A stretch of DNA of 58,338 bases, taken from NCBI GenBank assembly GCA_964592515.1, contig CAZQFG010000001.1, forward strand, positions 1 through 58,338, written 5' to 3'. The notes beneath the pieces were generated by a model that worked only from the letters and a program-made list of their open reading frames with translations, made no database searches and was not told where the DNA came from. A program made the translations under genes and the position numbers. Below, in pieces: positions 55,222 to 58,338 of the stretch. Within the stretch, counting starts at the first letter, position 1. Every line of letters starts with the position of its first letter. This DNA is from an uncultured Chryseobacterium sp. Its GTDB lineage: Bacteria > Bacteroidota > Bacteroidia > Flavobacteriales_F > PHOS-HE28.

Positions 55222-55366
55222 ATGTTAGATCGGTAAGCTGCGTTTCGATCAATCATGATGAAAGCATATACATTCTATAACCATTGATGGACAAGGGTTG
55301 TGGCAGTTTTGCCGTGCTCAAAGAAGCAACCTGCAACAGCACGACAAAACCCCAAAACCCCTATCC

Positions 55367-56944
55367 ATGAGAACTTTGACAAGAATGACTTTGGCGGCCG
55401 GTCTTACGGTCGCTGCCGGTGCTGCGAGCGCCCAAAGCGTTGGAGCGGCCTGCGGCTGCCCGAGCGTTTCGGCCCGCACCCAGGTACTGATGTCCACCCT
55501 GGTGGATCCGGTCACCAAGAACCTGGTGAACGCGAACACGACCCTGACCTGTAACAACCTCTACATACTGGACACCCGGATGTATGTGAACGATGGCCAG
55601 GACCTGTTCGTGGAACCCGGTACGGTGGTGAAGGCCAACAACAATGCCGGCCTTGCTCACGCCATCATCGTGGCCCGCGGAGGTCAGATCTGGGCGAACG
55701 GTAGTGAGAGTTGCCCGATCATCATGACCGCAGCTGCCGATCCCTTGGATGGTAGCTACAGTGTTCAGAACCGTGGTCAGTGGGGAAGCTTGATCGTGCT
55801 GGGCCGCGCTTATACGAACAAGCGCTCCACGGATGGCGATGCAACGGCCACCTCCACAAACGGTGTTGGTACGATCGAAGGCCTTGACGCCGGCGATAGC
55901 CGACACTTCTACGGTATGCCCGTTGGCCAGGAGATGAATGATGACAACAGCGGTGTGTTGCGCTATGTGAGCCTGCGCCATGGTGGCGAGGTGATCGGTG
56001 CCAACAACGAGATCAACGGCCTTACCCTCGGTGGTGTGGGTCGTGGTACCACGGTGGACCACGTGGAAGTGATCGCCAACCTCGACGATGGGTTCGAGTT
56101 CTTCGGGGGCACGGTGAACGCCAAGTACTTGGTGGCCATGCATTGCGATGATGACTACATCGATTGGGACCAGGGCTTTAGCGGCAAGATCCAGTTCTTC
56201 TATGGTGTACAAGGCCCGGATAACGGTGGTGGTGCCCTGAACCAAGGTGACAACGGCATTGAGGCCGATGGTGATGATGCGTCAACTAACGCTGCTAATG
56301 GTGGTATCGCATCGAACCCGACGGTGTACAACGCCACGTTCATCGCTCGCACGCAGACCATTGCCCAGGCCGATGAAGGCATTGAGGCGAAAGAGCGCAC
56401 CGAGGGAACCATCGTGAACTCCATCTTCACCCGTTTCCGCTCGGGCCTGAACCTGGTGGGTGCCACCGGGACCAATGCCACAGGCAAGTGGGAGAGCGGT
56501 CTGTTGAACGTGAAGAACTGCACGTTCGTTGATTGCTCCAACCCCCTTCGTATCAACGGTGCGAACACCACTTCAGGTGCGAACTGGGACCGCTTCACCT
56601 TGACCGATGGTAACGTCGCCCTTGCTTCGGGCCTGATCGACTACACCTATACCATGACCCAGCCCGGCAACGTGCTCACCGACCGTGTGAACCCCGTTCC
56701 CGCCGCCGGTGCTGCCACCAGCACGCTGAACGCACCGGTGGATGGCTTCTTCACCGGAGCTAAGTACCGTGGTGCCTTCCAGCCTGGTGCGGAGCCTTGG
56801 ACACAGGGTTGGACCCTGGCCGCCCAGATCGGTCTTGACGCCGCTGCCGCTGCTGGTTGCACGGGCGACCTGAACCGCGATGGTCAGATCAATGCTGCTG
56901 ACTTCACGCTCTTCGTGAACGCCTTCGGCGGTAACTGCTTCTAA
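55367..56944 (+). CDS. Secreted conserved protein (probable beta-helix-like fold) with C-terminal dockerin/EF-hand-like motif
   Basis: Track ORF trimmed to MRTLTRMTLAAGLTVAAGAASAQ. The core NSGVLRYVSLRHGG...NEINGLTLGGVGRGTTVDHVEVIANLDDGFEFFGGTVN...DDYIDWDQGFSG matches a family I recall next to TonB receptors in marine Flavobacteriia. The tail GDLNRDGQINAADFTLFVNAFG is dockerin-repeat-like. No T9SS CTD. Confidence 0.75.
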   Translation: MRTLTRMTLAAGLTVAAGAASAQSVGAACGCPSVSARTQVLMSTLVDPVTKNLVNANTTLTCNNLYILDTRMYVNDGQDLFVEPGTVVKANNNAGLAHAIIVARGGQIWANGSESCPIIMTAAADPLDGSYSVQNRGQWGSLIVLGRAYTNKRSTDGDATATSTNGVGTIEGLDAGDSRHFYGMPVGQEMNDDNSGVLRYVSLRHGGEVIGANNEINGLTLGGVGRGTTVDHVEVIANLDDGFEFFGGTVNAKYLVAMHCDDDYIDWDQGFSGKIQFFYGVQGPDNGGGALNQGDNGIEADGDDASTNAANGGIASNPTVYNATFIARTQTIAQADEGIEAKERTEGTIVNSIFTRFRSGLNLVGATGTNATGKWESGLLNVKNCTFVDCSNPLRINGANTTSGANWDRFTLTDGNVALASGLIDYTYTMTQPGNVLTDRVNPVPAAGAATSTLNAPVDGFFTGAKYRGAFQPGAEPWTQGWTLAAQIGLDAAAAAGCTGDLNRDGQINAADFTLFVNAFGGNCF

Positions 56945-56963
56945 GAGATCCCCTGCTGAGCGT

Positions 56964-56994
56964 GAACGGGTCCGGTACTGGTGCCGGCCCGTTC
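56964..56994 (+). terminator. Imperfect hairpin after the 55367-56944 gene
   Basis: GAACGGG(T)CCGG-TACTGGTG-CCGGCCCGTTC: 11 bp paired with one bulge, and no U-tract. Confidence 0.35.
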
Positions 56995-57023
56995 ATGCGA
57001 GGCGAACGCAACAACCCAAGAAC

Positions 57024-58338
57024 ATGAAATTCCCAAGCATAACATCACTGCTTGCAGGCTTCGCCCTGCTTGGAGGCCTCACGGCCCAGGCGCAGGGTCT
57101 GGAGGGCATCATTGTGGAAGAATACCACACGGTGACCCAACAGGACGCTGATGCGTACACCAACGACTTCGGCGGCGGTTCCTATCCGCTGGTGGCCGGA
57201 ATGAAGGTTTACCGTGTCTACGTGGACATGGCGCCGAACTATCGCTTCCTGAACGTGTTCGGAAGCGTGGACAATTCCAACCCGGTCAATTTCCAGACCA
57301 CGACGACGTTCTGGAACGACGATAACTATGGTTCGGAGGTCCCTGCTCAGACCCGTCGATTCGACGAAGGCACCTTGTTTGACTCGTACATCACCGTTGG
57401 TACCACGGGTATTGCCGGTGGCGTAGCTGGCTGCGGTGCGAACACCCAGCAGGTAGGCGTTCTTCGTACGGCTGATACGAACGGCGATCTCACAACCTGT
57501 GGCGTTTACCCTGGCTTCACGGGGAATGACGGGAACATCCCGGGTACCCTGCCCGCGTTGACCTATAACCTCGGTGGATTGATGAACTTCGATGCGCTCA
57601 CCGCCAACGGAAGCGTGTTCACCTTCATCAACGATGCATGGGCTATCCTGCCCGCTTCCACCGGTGTTGACGGTGCTGGTTCCAACCGTGTGTTGATCGC
57701 TCAGTTCACCACCAATGGTGACTTCAGCTTCCAGCTCAACGTCGCCATCAGTGACCCGAACCAGGTCATCGAGGAATACGTGCATACGACGGCTGGCGCT
57801 GGTCAGCAGGTAAGCCCTTTCCTGACCTACCCCCAGGTGCAGACCTGCGTGGCCCCGGTCATCACCAGCGCTACCAGCAACGGTCCGATCTGCGCTGGCT
57901 CTGCTCTGAACCTGAGCGCAGCTGCCACTGGTGACGCTACGATCACGTACAGCTGGAGCGGTCCGAACGGATTCAGCTCCGCCCTGCAGAACCCCAGCAT
58001 TGCTGCTGCTACCGTGGCTGCCACCGGTACCTACACGGTGACCGCTTCGAACGGTTGTGCACCTGATGCCACGTCTACCGTGAACGTTGTGGTGAACCCT
58101 TCTTCGAACAACACCACCACGCAGAGCGCCTGCGATAGTTACACCTGGAGCGTGAACGGCACTACCTACACGCAGAGCGGTACCTACACCAGTGTGAACG
58201 GTTGCGCCACAGAGACCTTGGTTCTGACGATCACCCCGAGCACGAACAACACCACCACGGAAAGCGCTTGCGACAGCTACACTTGGAGCGTGAACGGTAC
58301 CACCTATACCCAGAGCGGTACCTACACCAGTGTGAACG
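57024..58338 (+). CDS. Paralogue 4 of the family (5' partial, runs off the window), followed by Ig-like and 46-aa tandem-repeat modules
   Basis: Not in the ORF track because no stop is reached. I translated 57024-58338 by hand: 438 codons with no stop. MKFPSITSLLAGFALLGGLTAQAQ signal. IIVEEYHTV, VYRVYVDM, TTTTFWNDDNYG, FDSYITVGTTG, VLIAQFTTNGDFSFQLNV. Then CVAPVITSATSNGPICAGSALNLSA...YSWSGPNGF. Confidence 0.85.
   Translation, partial: MKFPSITSLLAGFALLGGLTAQAQGLEGIIVEEYHTVTQQDADAYTNDFGGGSYPLVAGMKVYRVYVDMAPNYRFLNVFGSVDNSNPVNFQTTTTFWNDDNYGSEVPAQTRRFDEGTLFDSYITVGTTGIAGGVAGCGANTQQVGVLRTADTNGDLTTCGVYPGFTGNDGNIPGTLPALTYNLGGLMNFDALTANGSVFTFINDAWAILPASTGVDGAGSNRVLIAQFTTNGDFSFQLNVAISDPNQVIEEYVHTTAGAGQQVSPFLTYPQVQTCVAPVITSATSNGPICAGSALNLSAAATGDATITYSWSGPNGFSSALQNPSIAAATVAATGTYTVTASNGCAPDATSTVNVVVNPSSNNTTTQSACDSYTWSVNGTTYTQSGTYTSVNGCATETLVLTITPSTNNTTTESACDSYTWSVNGTTYTQSGTYTSVN
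58107..58338 (+). repeat. In-frame 138-bp (46-aa) tandem repeat, at least 1.7 copies before the window ends
   Basis: AACAACACCACCACG... starts at 58107 and again at 58245. The unit is NNTTT-x-SACDSYTWSVNGTTYTQSGTYTSVNGCATETLVLTITPST. Confidence 0.85.

Noticed and set aside
57045-57785. 246-aa minus-strand ORF, the only track entry covering 57.0-57.8 kb
   Set aside because: It is antisense to the open-ended paralogue 4 gene (57024 onward). That gene has a signal peptide and all five family motifs.

Overview
High-GC (spot counts about 63-68 % on the left, about 50-60 % on the right) chromosomal segment. It is almost certainly from a Bacteroidota organism that uses a type IX secretion system (T9SS). 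I call about 48 protein-coding genes, tightly packed, many with ATGA/TGATG start-stop overlaps. I found no rRNA, tRNA, CRISPR array, transposase, integrase or reverse transcriptase by eye.

Content by position:
- 1-900: a 55-bp direct repeat plus a DUF4160/DUF2442 small-gene pair.
- 0.9-14.3 kb: a run of large secreted proteins carrying T9SS C-terminal sorting domains (beta-propeller, FG-GAP, arylsulfotransferase-like, CotH+LTD, Reg_prop), interrupted by cold-shock and CsbD genes.
- 14.3-26.3 kb: housekeeping and singleton genes (ytxJ, PIF1-like helicase, OmpA-family protein, orphan DUF5706 membrane protein, DUF1800/DUF1501 pair, xth, DUF4260, PabA/TrpG).
- 26.3-45.2 kb: envelope biogenesis (LptD, amidase+SPOR, MlaD, split HdrD-like Fe-S pair, tricorn-like protease, OmpH-DUF4924-OstA-like operon), with an embedded membrane-anchored CotH cluster at 38.2-42.4 kb.
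- 45.2-58.3 kb: a T9SS cargo gene, a solitary HNH endonuclease, then a co-directional locus led by a TonB-dependent receptor. That locus carries four paralogues of an unnamed ~230-aa secreted domain plus one further conserved secreted protein. The fourth paralogue runs off the window and is absent from the supplied ORF track.

The receptor locus is my best candidate for an undescribed system. Secondary candidates are the CotH cluster, the orphan Pycsar-effector-type membrane protein, the Tat+T9SS DUF1501 protein and the DUF4160/DUF2442 pair.

All family assignments come from motif recognition by eye and memory, not from searches. Many long ORFs in the track are antisense shadow ORFs typical of GC-rich DNA and were discarded.
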